Assembly: GCA_963758525.1 (NCBI GenBank)
Contig: CAVWVQ010000003.1
Span: 2,112,001 to 2,176,000, forward strand
Source of the DNA: an uncultured Phycisphaerales bacterium
GTDB lineage: Bacteria > Planctomycetota > Phycisphaerae > Tepidisphaerales > Tepidisphaeraceae
Reading direction: 5' to 3'
Length of the DNA: 64,000 nucleotides
Both the position numbers and the translations under genes were made by a program. The notes under the pieces are model-generated. The model was not told the DNA's origin. It did no database searches and saw only the letters and a program-made list of their open reading frames with translations. This document shows, piece after piece, positions 29,916-40,833 of this stretch (position 1 is its first letter; every line of letters begins with the position of its first letter).

Positions 29916-30652
29916 CACGCCGGCAGCAACCGACCCAGGACCTTCCCTTCATAGGCGAACTTCTCAGTGCGCAGAGCGTGAATGAATGAAGCCGCCGTGT
30001 CCTTCGGCAAACTGCCGCCGTGCATGGGGTGAATCCATTCTGGCTGGAGCCGTTCGATTTTGTCCACCGCCTGCAATACCGGCTTTTCGGCGGCAAAGAT
30101 TCCGACCTCCCGGTACAGATGGCACATCTCTTTCCCGAGATTCTCTTTCACCATCGGCGGCTGATCCCCCGGCTGAATGAAGAGGTCTGCAGGGAATAAA
30201 CTCCGGGTCGCCTTCTCGAAGACCATCATCGAATCCCAGTGGTGGACGTGCGGCGTCTCGATGAACTGAAGTTGGTGTTCGCCAAGGTCGACCACCTCGC
30301 CTTCTTTCACTCCCCGGATGGGACCGCGGTAATCCCAAGCGGAAAGGTTGATTCCCGACCCGACCTCGCTGCAGACCAATACCGCTTGCGAAGCTTCGGC
30401 AACAAAGCGGCTCATCCCGCCGCACTCGTCGGCCTCAAAATGCGGCACCACGACATAGCTCAATTTGCCGGGGTCCAGCACCTGGGCGACCGCTTTCCGA
30501 ACAGACTCGTAAGCCGGAAAGACGCCCGTGTGAATCAACGCAGGCTGATCGTCGGCAATCAGGAACTGATTAAAGCTGATGTGGTACGTGGGATCGAAGG
30601 AGCTGATACGGTAAATCCGATGCGCGACCTCGTCTACTCGTGTCACGGCCAT
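29915..30652 (-). CDS. Metallo-beta-lactamase fold protein, flavodiiron/ODP-like, no flavodoxin domain
   Basis: SFNQFLI, HFEADECG, TPHVHHW, LFPADLF and PMHG. Confidence 0.75.
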   Translation of the reverse strand: MAVTRVDEVAHRIYRISSFDPTYHISFNQFLIADDQPALIHTGVFPAYESVRKAVAQVLDPGKLSYVVVPHFEADECGGMSRFVAEASQAVLVCSEVGSGINLSAWDYRGPIRGVKEGEVVDLGEHQLQFIETPHVHHWDSMMVFEKATRSLFPADLFIQPGDQPPMVKENLGKEMCHLYREVGIFAAEKPVLQAVDKIERLQPEWIHPMHGGSLPKDTAASFIHALRTEKFAYEGKVLGRLLPA

Positions 30653-30942
30653 CCTCCAATATCCGCAGTCTGTTTCTGATCGCGGGGCACATGGTGATCG
30701 GCGGTCGTTGCGTCCCGCCGGGCAAAGAGCAAGCGCCAGGCGGGTACAAAGCACCGTGTCTGCGCTTCGGAAAAACAAACCCCCCACCGAGTTATACCAC
30801 CGACTCCACGCTACTGGATACGGGTCAGGATTCATCGGATTTTGTTGCAGCCGACGCGCTCGTCGAATCGAGGGTATTAAGACATTAGCAGAATAGCCGC
30901 ATCAATTTGCCGGGATCAAACGAAAAACCGTATCATACTGAG

Positions 30943-31060
30943 ATGGGCGATCTAGCGGAGATCAAAAGTGCAGGGGGCGGCTTGGTGATGTCAAATCCCG
31001 AGATCCTAGGCGGCACGCCCGTTTTCCGCGGCACCCGACTGCCAGTGCAAACGTTGTTTC
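30943..31060 (+). pseudogene. DUF433 (antitoxin-like) 5' fragment
   Basis: NPEILGGTPVFRGTRLPVQTLF, then similarity is lost. Confidence 0.6.
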
Positions 31061-31699
31061 CTTCCGCTTGCGATCGAACAGCGGCCGAAATCCCTGCCAA
31101 TCGGCATGCTTGCCGCTATCCAGGTACTCCCTGGCTATGCAAATCGCTTGCTCGAGCGCGTCGATGCGATCAACAACGGCTTTGGTCTTTGAGCTCATGG
31201 TTTCACCGGCAACGCCTCTGCAGGATAACGAAGCGAACTTTATCAGCGTGGAAAGAGGACGCGGCTGCGCGGAACGGCTCGACACACGTTAGATAAAGTC
31301 TGTGAACTGAACCGATCGTCAGACCATGGGGATTGTATCGATCTGCCCAGGTGCTGTCCCGCTCGATGCGAAGAACCGGGGGTGCAAGCGCCGCCCGGCG
31401 TTCAACCCGATCGTTGTGCACGAGCCCGGGAGGTCCGGTCATTCTCTGATAGCTGGTAGCACGGCCGAACGCCGAGGGTGCTCGCACCCTCGGTCTTTTC
31501 GAATCGAATGCAGGCAACGCGACTGTGTGCGGCGAGAGGTTGCTCGCGGTTGGATATGCTCTATCAACCGCTTCGACGACCATGTGCTCGGGTAGATCGC
31601 GGATGAGAATCTCCGGCAGGGTCACGCGACGCGCCAGCAAATGTTGGACGAAGGGGCAGACTATCGACGCGATGCGGAACCGTCCAGAGCATTGTCTGG

Positions 31700-32254
31700 C
31701 TATCCCGCAGACCCGATCGCCACATCGGCCAGCGCACGTGCCGTAATCTGCTCGACCACATCGCTCTTCGCGCGGGCGTAGGCATTCATGTCTGCCCAGT
31801 CCTGGTTCGCCAGCCGCCGCTTTGTCGACTCATACAAGCGACGGTCGTCCGCGTCGCGGCGGAGCCGATCGCGGAACGCGAGCTGTCGGCGGACCTCCAA
31901 GCAGCCGGCTGGGAAGACGTGAACGTGCGCGTCGAGCGCGGGCGTGCGCACCATTCGGTGCTCGTGCCAGTCCGGCTCCCTCACCCGCAGCACGTATCCC
32001 GCCGCGAGCAGGGCAGGGAGATACGACGGCTCGTCGGCTGCGTTTGGCACGACGACAATCATGTCGACGATTGGCTTGGCGGCGAGGCCGGGCACTGACG
32101 TGGAACCGACGTGCTCGACCGCGAGAGCCGTATTGCCCAGCGCCTCCTGGATCTTCCGTGCGTGGGGCACGAACTGCGCCGGCCAGCGCGGGTCGTAGTC
32201 GACCATCACGATTGCGCGTTTCTCGATTCCACCGATCAGCTTTTCGTCTTCCAT
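31700..32254 (-). CDS. GrpB/UPF0157 family nucleotidyltransferase-like protein
   Basis: YDPRWP, EHVGSTSVPGLAAKPIVD, FRDRLR and YARAK. Confidence 0.88.
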   Translation of the reverse strand: MEDEKLIGGIEKRAIVMVDYDPRWPAQFVPHARKIQEALGNTALAVEHVGSTSVPGLAAKPIVDMIVVVPNAADEPSYLPALLAAGYVLRVREPDWHEHRMVRTPALDAHVHVFPAGCLEVRRQLAFRDRLRRDADDRRLYESTKRRLANQDWADMNAYARAKSDVVEQITARALADVAIGSAG

Positions 32255-32270
32255 TTCGGTTGGCGATGGT

Positions 32271-32589
32271 TTACTCGATAGTGACGATGTAGCTCACCAT
32301 CCACAATTCCAACTGCTCAAGCTTGGTCTTCCATCGACGCTTGAACGCCTTCATACAAGCCGGTTTTTCGGCGTGTCTGGAACATCGATCACAAGAAGAA
32401 CAAGGTTATCCGGTAGACGCTCACACCCTGCTGCCAATGACCTTCAATGCGTTGGGTTTCGTAGCTCGCCGCCCCGAATTAACCAACGATCTCAAGCACC
32501 GCATCTGCCAGCCATTCGGCAGGAATATCGCGGCCATCATTAAACTGGAGCGGGAGCAGCACCTCGAATCGCCGCCACTCGCTGCTCAT
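32271..32589 (-). pseudogene. Disrupted small conserved-looking hypothetical gene
   Basis: MSSEWRRFEVLLPLQFNDG..; in-frame TAA plus two frameshifts before ..LEQLELWMVSYIVTIE*. Confidence 0.45.
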
Positions 32590-33518
32590 AGCTCGCCTTG
32601 CCCTTCACCGTGAATGGAATGTTCTCCCGAGCCAGCGCCTCTAACGCCGCTTCCGGCACCAGGTGTACGCCTTTTTTCAAGCACCCGCCCTGAGAATCGC
32701 CCCAACAGGTATGCCAGCCCCCGCCGTTCGGTCGCACGATCTGGAAAGGTGATCATGATCATCGAGGTGCGCTTCAGGCGCAGATCAGTTCCGACGGAGG
32801 ATCCGTCGGATTTGGGAGATTCTCAATCAAGGTCGATTGCCGTCTGCGGAATTTGTTGGAAACAGGTTCAATGGATAGCTCTTCATGGGCAGCGGAGAGC
32901 GCCGCGAGGATTCTCGCGGAAGTTGAGGAATGGTCCGCACGGCGGCTCGACGCCTTCGTCGATTCGGAACGCGCGCTGGAGCCGCCGAGCGGACCCTCCG
33001 TTTCTGGACGGACGGAATCGTCGGCAGCGGAGAAACCGAAGGCCCATCAATGTCGCACGGCTTCGAGCGAGAACGATGCCGTGACGCAAGGACGACAGAT
33101 CCGCCTAGACAGCGGCAGGTTCAGCACCAAGGCACGCTCCGATTGACGACGCAGGCAGACCATGGCCGAGCGAGTGGGGAATCAGTGAGTGAATGGCCGC
33201 AAAAAACACAAAAACACAAAAAGGGAAATAGAGAGGCGACTGGCAATAGTAGAAGTCGCGCGATGTCGCATGGCGGCACCTCTCGCGTCGAAGAACAGGA
33301 CGGCAAGCGGGGGGCAGAGCGCCGGCGCGTGGCGCGAGCCCGGCTGTCAACCTTGACTGCTGCTTGTCAGATACCCATTACACGTAAAGAAATGTCAAAA
33401 ATGTAAAGCCGAAAGCAGTTTTCGGGGCGTGGCGGGGTTACGCCGGCGGATAATTTCACCTTGGGACGCTCTCCGCGTCCGCTTCCAGAAAGAGCGCAAA
33501 AATAGACAAAGTCGGTGT

Positions 33519-34093
33519 CTACTCGACGATCGTCACCGGCAGCCAGCGGCGGCCCCAGGCGATGGCCTGGTCATGCGTGGGGAAGAAGACGTCGATGCGA
33601 TGGCCCTTGATCGCTCGCCCGCGGTCTATGACTTCGACGGGTTGCCCCGCGGCATAACCGGGAATCTTGAGTTGGGTTTCGAAGGGAAGCAGTTTGGTGT
33701 CGGCGGCGACGAAAAGGCCGCCGTTGTACACCGTCGATCGGCCGCTGGCGGTAATTCCGCAGGCGCGCGGCCCGCAGCACTTTTTGCAGCCGCAATACGC
33801 GGTCACTTCCATCCAGATGGTATGCGCATGGGATCCGCGCCGGCCGGTTCGCTCGGAGCGTTCGTCGTGGCCACGGTCGGCGGTGTGTCGGCAACGTCGT
33901 GCAGCAATTCAACGGGCCTGTCCGTGAAGTTAGCGAGCCGCGGTTGAATCGGAGCTGAGTAGAGCGCGGCAGAGCGCGCGGAACGCGAATCGACCGTCAA
34001 CGCGACAATGGTGAAACAACAAAGTCCCAGCGCGAAGGAGCGCGTGCGCAGGATGCCCCAAAAAGGAAGGAGACTGGATCGTTTTTTAGCCAT
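33519..34093 (-). CDS. 3D (Asp-Asp-Asp) domain protein with N-terminal TM; apparent frameshift near 33815
   Basis: VTAYC, GITASG, VAAD and DRGRAIKGHRIDVF. Confidence 0.85.
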
Positions 34094-34509
34094 CCGTGGC
34101 TCGCTGCCAATTGCCCGCTATGGGCCGTTTGCGCCAGACCGAGAATTCCTCAAGAAAGGCAAGGCTGGCTGCCGATCATTCTGAATTGGTAGAGATATCC
34201 GCGGGCGCGTCTTCCGTCAATGGGCGAAAAGCACGAGATACGTGCTCGCATGGGTCATGAACCCCGCCGGGTCGGCGGTACGCGGAAGGCTCGGAGCGAT
34301 TGCGCGCGGACGGCCCCCTGGGCCGCAGGCTCTGCTGCAATTGCAACGGCGGCGGTTTGAGTCACCCATGCATCCCGGCTGGTTGGGCGGGAATGCTCAA
34401 GGTTAGTTTGTGCGAGATTCTCTTCGGCCGAAGTTTGCGGCGCGTTGCACCATCGTGAAGTGGGGATCAGCGGCGATTGTTTGTTGGCTTGCGGGTGCCT
34501 GAGAGCTGT

Positions 34510-36651
34510 TCACGCCGATCGTTTTGCCTTGGCGCGTTCGTCCAGTGCTTCCAGCGAGATGGCCGGAGCGCCCTCGTGCTCGGCGAGGAACTTTTGTGCC
34601 GCAGCTGCGGTCAGGGGGCGACTGAAGAAGAACCCTTGCGCGTATTCGCATTCCATCGCCTGCAGCATGATCGCCTGGTCAATCGTTTCGATTCCTTCAG
34701 CCACCAGACGGATGTCGAGGTTGCGCGCGAGGGCGACGATGGCATGCACGACGGCGGCGTAGTCGCGCCGGTCAGTCATGAAACGCACGAAGGTCCGGTC
34801 GATCTTCAAGCCGCTCAGCGGCAGCCGATGCAGATAGCTCAGCGATGAATAGCCGGTGCCGAAATCGTCCATGGAGATGCGAACGCCCAGCCCGCGGAGG
34901 TGTTCGAGAACCGGGATCGATGCATCCGCATTGCGGATCATCACCGTTTCTGTCACTTCGAGCGTAATCGACGCGGGGTCCGCTCCGGCGCGGCGGATGA
35001 TCTGCTCGACGTTCTGCACCAGGTCGGGGACCAGCAGTTGCTTGGCCGAGAGATTCACGCTCATCGACAACCCGGGAATTCCCGGGTGGCGGCCCTGCCA
35101 TTCGACCAACTGCCGGCACGCCTCGGCCAAGACCCAGTAGCCGATCGGGACGATCGTCCCGGTTTCCTCGCTGATCGGGATGAACTCATTGGGCGGGACG
35201 AGCCCGCGCACGGGATGATTCCATCGCACCAGCGCCTCGAAGCCATGCAGGGCGTTGGTCGCCAGCGAGATGATCGGCTGATAGTGCAACACCAGCTCGC
35301 CCCGGTCCGCAGCCTGACGAAGTTCGCCTTCCATCTCCAGGCGGCCGAGAATTTCCTCGTGCATCTTGCGGTCGAACATCACGTACCGCGCCTTGCCGGC
35401 GTGCTTGGCGTGATACATTGCGGTGTCGGCGTCGCGGAGCATCTCCTCGGCGCGTTTGTATCCGACGGCACTGGTGGTGATGCCGATGCTGACGGTGCTG
35501 GTCACCTTGTGACCCTTCAGATCGTATGTTTCGCTGAGGATGTCCAGCAACCTGGCGGCAACGTCGCCCGCGTCTTTCGGGTCGCGCAGATCGTCGGCGA
35601 GGATGACGAATTCATCGCCCCCCAGCCGCGCGGCGGTATTGCGCTCGGGGGTGCCGACCGAATCGGTGGAGCGGAGCGACTTTTGCAGGCGATGCGCGAT
35701 TTCGACCAGGAGCGCGTCGCCGACGTCGTGACCCAGGCTGTCATTGACCAGCTTGAAGCGGTCGAAGTCCAGGAAGAGAACGGCGAAGTGATAGGCGGGA
35801 TTGCGGCGCTGGCGCAGCAGCCCGTGCGCCAGTCGATCCTGCAGCAGGGCGCGGTTGGGAAGACCGGTGAGCTTGTCGTGCAGGGCGGCGTTCTCCGCCG
35901 ATTCCTTCGCTTCGCGCAGCAATTCCTCGCGCGCAGCCGCTCGGTCATCTCGGCGCGCAGCGCGTCATTGGTCCTGGAGAGCGCCACGGTTCGTTCGACC
36001 ACCTGCGATTCCAGCTCGATATGCGCCCGCTCGAGCACCTCGATCGCCCGCTTTCGGTCGGTGATGTCAAAAGCAATCCCCTGCAAGAACTGCGGAACGC
36101 CCCGCTCATCGCGGATCAACTGACATTCGCCATGCACCCATACGATGTGCCCGTCACGAGCCAGCAACCGATACTCCGAGCGGAAGTGGATTCCCGCGGC
36201 GCAGGTCTGTGCAAACTCGGCGCCCCACCGCTGGCGGTCATCAGGATGGACCCGGTTGTACCAGAGGAACGGATTGTCGAGCCACTCCTGCTGGGAAAAC
36301 CCCAGCAACTGCTCGATCTGCGGGCTGACGTAAAATTCCGTCTGCGATCCGTCGAGCGAGGCGAGAAACGTGACGGCTGGAATCTTCTCGACCAGCGCGA
36401 TATCGCAGCTCCGCGTTTTGCAGACGCATGTCGCCCGGCTCGCCCGAGCCAGTCGCGCGCGGCACGATTAACTGCTCAACCGCCTGCCCTGAGCCGGCGT
36501 TCAAATCGATCATCCCCTTGAGAATCAGCTCGGCCTGCTCGGGGGACAGTTCCGACTGGGTCGTGGAAAAGGCCGTCAGGGCCTCGTGCGCGGAGCGCCC
36601 GAGGCCTTCGTTCTCTGGCGCGGGATGGTGATTTATGCCGGTCTTCGCCAT
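34510..36651 (-). CDS. PAS-GGDEF-EAL c-di-GMP signalling protein; apparent frameshifts near 35930 and 36395
   Basis: PAS (VHPDD..EYRL), RLGGDEF, EALVRW and DDFGTGYSS. Confidence 0.88.
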
Positions 36652-37655
36652 GAGGGTTCAACATTCAGGGAGCCGCGTGTGAAATTGCGCAGAGCACGAA
36701 CGGTTCGGCCGTATACTTCCACGGCGGTGGTCGAAAGCTTTGCCCCCGGAGGTTCATCCATAAAGGGCATGAATTTGTCGGGGAAACCCGGCATGGTGCA
36801 GCCGATGCAGATGCCCCCCACGTTCGGACAGCCGCCGATGCCTGCCATCCATCCCCGCTTGGCAACGTTGCAGTTGACGACGGGTCCCCAGCATCCGAGT
36901 TTCACGATGCATTTGGGCGAGCCATACTCTTTGGCAAAATCCCCCTGCTCGTAATAGCCCGCCCGATCGCAACCCTCATGAACGGTTTGTCCGAAGAGCC
37001 AGGTAGGCCGCAGACGATCGTCCAGCGGAATCATCGGCGCCATTCCCGACGCCTGAAACAGCAGATAGAGCAGCGTCTCCATGAAATTATCCGGCTGCAC
37101 CGGACATCCCGGGATATTGACAATCGGCAGCCCGCCCGGCGATTTCCATCCCCAACCCAGATAGTCCGCCAGGCCCATGCACCCGGTGGGGTTGCCATCC
37201 ATTGCGTGTATCCCGCCGTAGGCGCTGCACGTGCCGGCGCACATCACCGCCCATGCCTTCGGCGCAAGCCGGTCAATCCATTCGCAGGTGGTGATCGGCT
37301 GGCCTGTCTTTGCATCGGTCCCCAGCGCGGCCCAATATCCTTCCCTTTTGTTCTTTTCGTTGGGGATTGAGCCCTCGACAACCAGTATGAAGGGGTCCAG
37401 AAGGCCCTGCTCCGCGTCGTACCAATATTTCATGAACTCGTCCCCGTTCTCATAAGCGAGCACGGGATTATGGAGATGAACCTTCGGGAGCCCCGGAATC
37501 GCCCCCATCACGATATCTTCCACGCTCGGCTGCGTGGCCGCGGTGATAGAGACCGAATCGCCATCACACCCAAGCCCGGCGGTGATCCACAGAACATGCA
37601 CCTCCTTGCATCGTGATGCAGTGCCGCGATCCGTGCTGGCTCTTTGCTCGAACAT
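36633..37655 (-). CDS. [NiFe]-hydrogenase small subunit, group 1h (HhyS)-like, no Tat signal
   Basis: LWITAGLGCDGDS, GTCSAYGGI, PGCP, VHEGCDRAGYY, KLGCWGP and ICIGCTMPGFPDKF. Confidence 0.88.
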   Translation of the reverse strand: MFEQRASTDRGTASRCKEVHVLWITAGLGCDGDSVSITAATQPSVEDIVMGAIPGLPKVHLHNPVLAYENGDEFMKYWYDAEQGLLDPFILVVEGSIPNEKNKREGYWAALGTDAKTGQPITTCEWIDRLAPKAWAVMCAGTCSAYGGIHAMDGNPTGCMGLADYLGWGWKSPGGLPIVNIPGCPVQPDNFMETLLYLLFQASGMAPMIPLDDRLRPTWLFGQTVHEGCDRAGYYEQGDFAKEYGSPKCIVKLGCWGPVVNCNVAKRGWMAGIGGCPNVGGICIGCTMPGFPDKFMPFMDEPPGAKLSTTAVEVYGRTVRALRNFTRGSLNVEPSWRRPA

Positions 37656-37723
37656 ATAGTCAATGGCAGTTTGTTGTGACGCTAATCAGGCCTGCGCGGA
37701 TCGTCAAGAGCGTTGGCAAGATC

Positions 37724-39250
37724 TGTCGTCGGCCGATAGTAATGTCCGGTCTTCGGCAAATAGAAATGTCCGGTTGGACGAAGAGAGTGGATGGAGAAAG
37801 ACCGGATCGAGATGACTCAGCGTGAGCGGGACGTTCTGAAGGTGATGTCGCTGGTATTGAAAGGAGATCGGACGCAGGTGGAAGCGGCGCGGCTGTTGAA
37901 GCTGTCTGTGCGTCAGGTGAATCGAATCCGGCGACGGCTGGTGGCTGGTGGCGACGGCGCGATTGTGCATGGGTTGCGCGGCAAGCCGTCCAACCGCCGG
38001 TTCGGCGAGGCGGTTCGGAAGCAGGCGTTGTCGTTGTATCGCCGCAAGTATTTGGGATTCGGTCCGACGCTGGCCTCGGAGAAGCTGGCGGAAGATGACA
38101 AGGTGGTTGTGGCGACTCGGACGCTGCGGGAGTGGATGCTGTCAGAGGGATTGTGGCAGCGTCAGCGGCGCCGGGACAAGCATCGCCAGCGTCGTGCGCG
38201 GCGAATGTGTTTCGGGGAGATGGTGCAGGCGGACGCCAGCACGCATGACTGGCTGGAGGGTCGGGGTCCGATGCTGGCGTTGGTGGGGATGATCGATGAT
38301 GCGACGGACCGGGTGGTGCTGAGGTTTCATGAGTCGGAGACGACCGAGGCGTACATGGACGTGCTGGGGCGTTGGATCAGGAAGTTTGGTCGTCCGGTGA
38401 GTTGGTACAGCGATCGCCACGGCATTTTCCGGGCGGAGGAATCGGTGGCTGGTTACGACGAGAAGCAGAGCGTTTCGACGCAGTTTTCCCGGGCGATTGA
38501 CGAATTGGGAATGGAGTTGATTCTGGCCAATTCCCCGCAGGCGAAGGGGCGTGTCGAGCGATTGTGGAGCACATGCCAGGATCGATTGGTCAAGGAACTG
38601 CGGCTGGCCCAAACCCGTACGCTGGAGGGGGCCAACGGGGTGTTGGACGAGAAGTTCAGCGGTTGGTTCAACCGTCGCTGCACCAACAAGCCCGGCGGCA
38701 ACGACGCGCATCGCCCGATCGACAAGCTGGACCTGGATGCGGTTCTATCGATTCAGCATGAGCGTGTGGTGATGAACGATTACACAATCCGCTTTGAGAA
38801 CCAGGTGTATCAGTTGCTGCCGCCGGCGTTGCCCGGCCAGCGCGGCGGGAAGGTGATTGTCGAGAATCGAGCGGACGGGTCGATGAGGATTCGTTTCAAA
38901 GGCAGATATCTGGCATGGGAGCCGGCGCTCGCGGCGTCGGGAAAAAAGAAGGAAGCGGATGAATTGGGGGCTCTGCCCCCGACCCCCCGGAGTTTGCCGC
39001 ATGGGCTGATCCCCGTGATGAAAGCAAACGACCCGGCCGAAGGCTCGACCGGGTCGATCACGGTACATCAGACCGGCGGGCGCTCGGGTCGCACTCCTGC
39101 GGAGCCCTGTCCTTCCGCCGGCGGCAGTTGTGGTAGCTCAAAACAATCGTGGCGTCCAGCGTCAACCCATCCCTGGCGCAGATCCGCCACGGCGTGAACC
39201 GGACATTTCTATCGGCCGGAAACACCGGACATTTCTATCGGCGCTTGACA
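37724..39250 (+). mobile_element. Insertion sequence, ISNCY/IS1202-like, 1527 bp
   Basis: TGTC..GACA ends, two ATAG(A/T)AATGTCCGGT boxes per end, 16-bp direct repeat at 37708-37723 and 39251-39266. Confidence 0.9.
37791..39197 (+). CDS. DDE transposase
   Basis: N-terminal HTH; QADAS.HDW, IDDAT, YSDRHGIF and PQAKGRVER. Confidence 0.92.
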   Translation: MEKDRIEMTQRERDVLKVMSLVLKGDRTQVEAARLLKLSVRQVNRIRRRLVAGGDGAIVHGLRGKPSNRRFGEAVRKQALSLYRRKYLGFGPTLASEKLAEDDKVVVATRTLREWMLSEGLWQRQRRRDKHRQRRARRMCFGEMVQADASTHDWLEGRGPMLALVGMIDDATDRVVLRFHESETTEAYMDVLGRWIRKFGRPVSWYSDRHGIFRAEESVAGYDEKQSVSTQFSRAIDELGMELILANSPQAKGRVERLWSTCQDRLVKELRLAQTRTLEGANGVLDEKFSGWFNRRCTNKPGGNDAHRPIDKLDLDAVLSIQHERVVMNDYTIRFENQVYQLLPPALPGQRGGKVIVENRADGSMRIRFKGRYLAWEPALAASGKKKEADELGALPPTPRSLPHGLIPVMKANDPAEGSTGSITVHQTGGRSGRTPAEPCPSAGGSCGSSKQSWRPASTHPWRRSATA

Positions 39251-39447
39251 GAGCGTTGGCAAGATCAAACGCGACCGCCAACCCCTTTTCGATGTGCAAA
39301 CTGCGCCGCCTCATCAGCAGGATCGGCAATCGACACGCGACCGGTGAATGTTTTGAACAAGAATTGGATAAAAATCGGAAAACGGTCCGCACTGAAGAGT
39401 TCGCCGCGTCGCGCACTTGGAGATTCGCGGCGGCAGTTGCCCTGCGC

Positions 39448-40023
39448 TCACTTCTTCAAGAAGTTCGCCAGCAGTTTCTCGCCCTGCTCGGTGAGAAAGC
39501 TCTCGGGATGATACTGCACGCCCTCCAGCGGCCAGGTCTTGTGCCGAATGCCCATGATCTCGTCGTGCTCGGTTCTGGCAGTCACCTCATACTCGGCGGG
39601 CAGCGTGCCGGGACGGATGATCAGGCTGTGGTACCGCGTCGCGGTGAAGGGGTTGGGCATATCAACATAGATGCTCTTCCCATCGTGGTGAATCCGGTCG
39701 GTCTTTCCGTGCATGAGCCGCTCGGCGCGGACGACTTCCGCGCCCGCGGTGAAGCCGATGCACTGATGTCCGAGGCAGACGCCCAGCAAAGGAACCTGCG
39801 GCGCGAAACGCCGGATCACATCGTTGCTGAGCCCGCCCTCGCGCGGGGTGCAGGGGCCAGGGGAAATGACGATGTGCGTCGGCTTCAAATCCTCGATCTC
39901 CTGGAGGGTCACTTTATCGTTGCGGAAGACGCGGATGTCCGTCCCCCCGACCTCCCCCAGCTTCTGCACGAGGTTGTAGGTGAACGAGTCGTAGTTATCG
40001 ATGAGCACGATCATTGAAGCCAT
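39448..40023 (-). CDS. Anthranilate/aminodeoxychorismate synthase glutamine amidotransferase (TrpG/PabA)
   Basis: IDNYDSFTYNL, SPGP, GVCLGHQ, RYHSL and QYHPES. Confidence 0.93.
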   Translation of the reverse strand: MASMIVLIDNYDSFTYNLVQKLGEVGGTDIRVFRNDKVTLQEIEDLKPTHIVISPGPCTPREGGLSNDVIRRFAPQVPLLGVCLGHQCIGFTAGAEVVRAERLMHGKTDRIHHDGKSIYVDMPNPFTATRYHSLIIRPGTLPAEYEVTARTEHDEIMGIRHKTWPLEGVQYHPESFLTEQGEKLLANFLKK

Positions 40024-40184
40024 TGAGCGTATGACGCGGCCGGGAAATTGGCAAAGCGCCGTCGGAGCCGGATTTGTGGCGGGTTTGGGAATAAGAAAAT
40101 GTCGCGCATAGTTGGCCCGTTACTTGATCGGATCTTGCCCGACTCTTAATCTCATATGCGGCGGCTCTGGTTGGAGGGTTCCAG

Positions 40185-40436
40185 ATGGCACTCGGTGCGG
40201 AAAAGGATCATCTCGCGCTTATTCGCATCGAAGGCATGCATTGCCATAAGTGCGAACGCGCGATTCAAAAGGCACTTGCGACAAACCCCGGAGTTCACGA
40301 AGTGGAAGTCGACTTCAACAGCGGCCAAGCTTCGGTGCTCTTTGATCAGGGGATGGTGACCATTGAGACTCTTCTGGACTCAGTGACATCGGCCGGCTAC
40401 CGGCCGCTGAGCTGTACAGAGCGCGAGTCGACGTAG
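40185..40436 (+). CDS. Heavy-metal-associated domain protein (CopZ-like)
   Basis: GMHCHKC motif in an 83-aa protein. Confidence 0.85.
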   Translation: MALGAEKDHLALIRIEGMHCHKCERAIQKALATNPGVHEVEVDFNSGQASVLFDQGMVTIETLLDSVTSAGYRPLSCTEREST

Positions 40437-40468
40437 GGACAGAGCGTCCGTATCCAGCACGATCACGG

Positions 40469-40726
40469 CTACCCTTCATGCCGGCGGGCGGCCTGAACCT
40501 GGGCGACGAACTCGGGGAAGGTCGGATCCTTCTTGAATCGGCCGGACTGCAGTCGCCACCAGTTGCGTGGCGTGGGGAGCGCCGCTCGAACAGGCGCATT
40601 CAACGCATCAAGCGAGTTCAAGGACGCGGCAAAATCGCGGAGAACCTTGGCCACTTCCTCGGCTTTCCGGGCCGCACGCGTTTGCGGCGTTGGTCGTTTC
40701 GAAGATCGTCGCGCGGACATAGCCAT
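40469..40726 (-). CDS. Hypothetical protein
   Basis: Plausible short ORF filling the gap; no recognised motif. Confidence 0.4.
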   Translation of the reverse strand: MAMSARRSSKRPTPQTRAARKAEEVAKVLRDFAASLNSLDALNAPVRAALPTPRNWWRLQSGRFKKDPTFPEFVAQVQAARRHEG

Positions 40727-40833
40727 AACGTCCCCGATTATCGGCCCGAAGATTGGGGCAATCAAGGAAAGTTACTCGCGCTCGAAGCCCCGCGGTCTTT
40801 ACTTGGGGCAAGCACCCCGCGGACGCCGGAGCG

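Noticed and set aside
34094..34500. c-di-AMP riboswitch upstream of the 3D-domain gene
   Set aside because: Consensus elements not recognisable by eye; would need an Infernal/Rfam scan.
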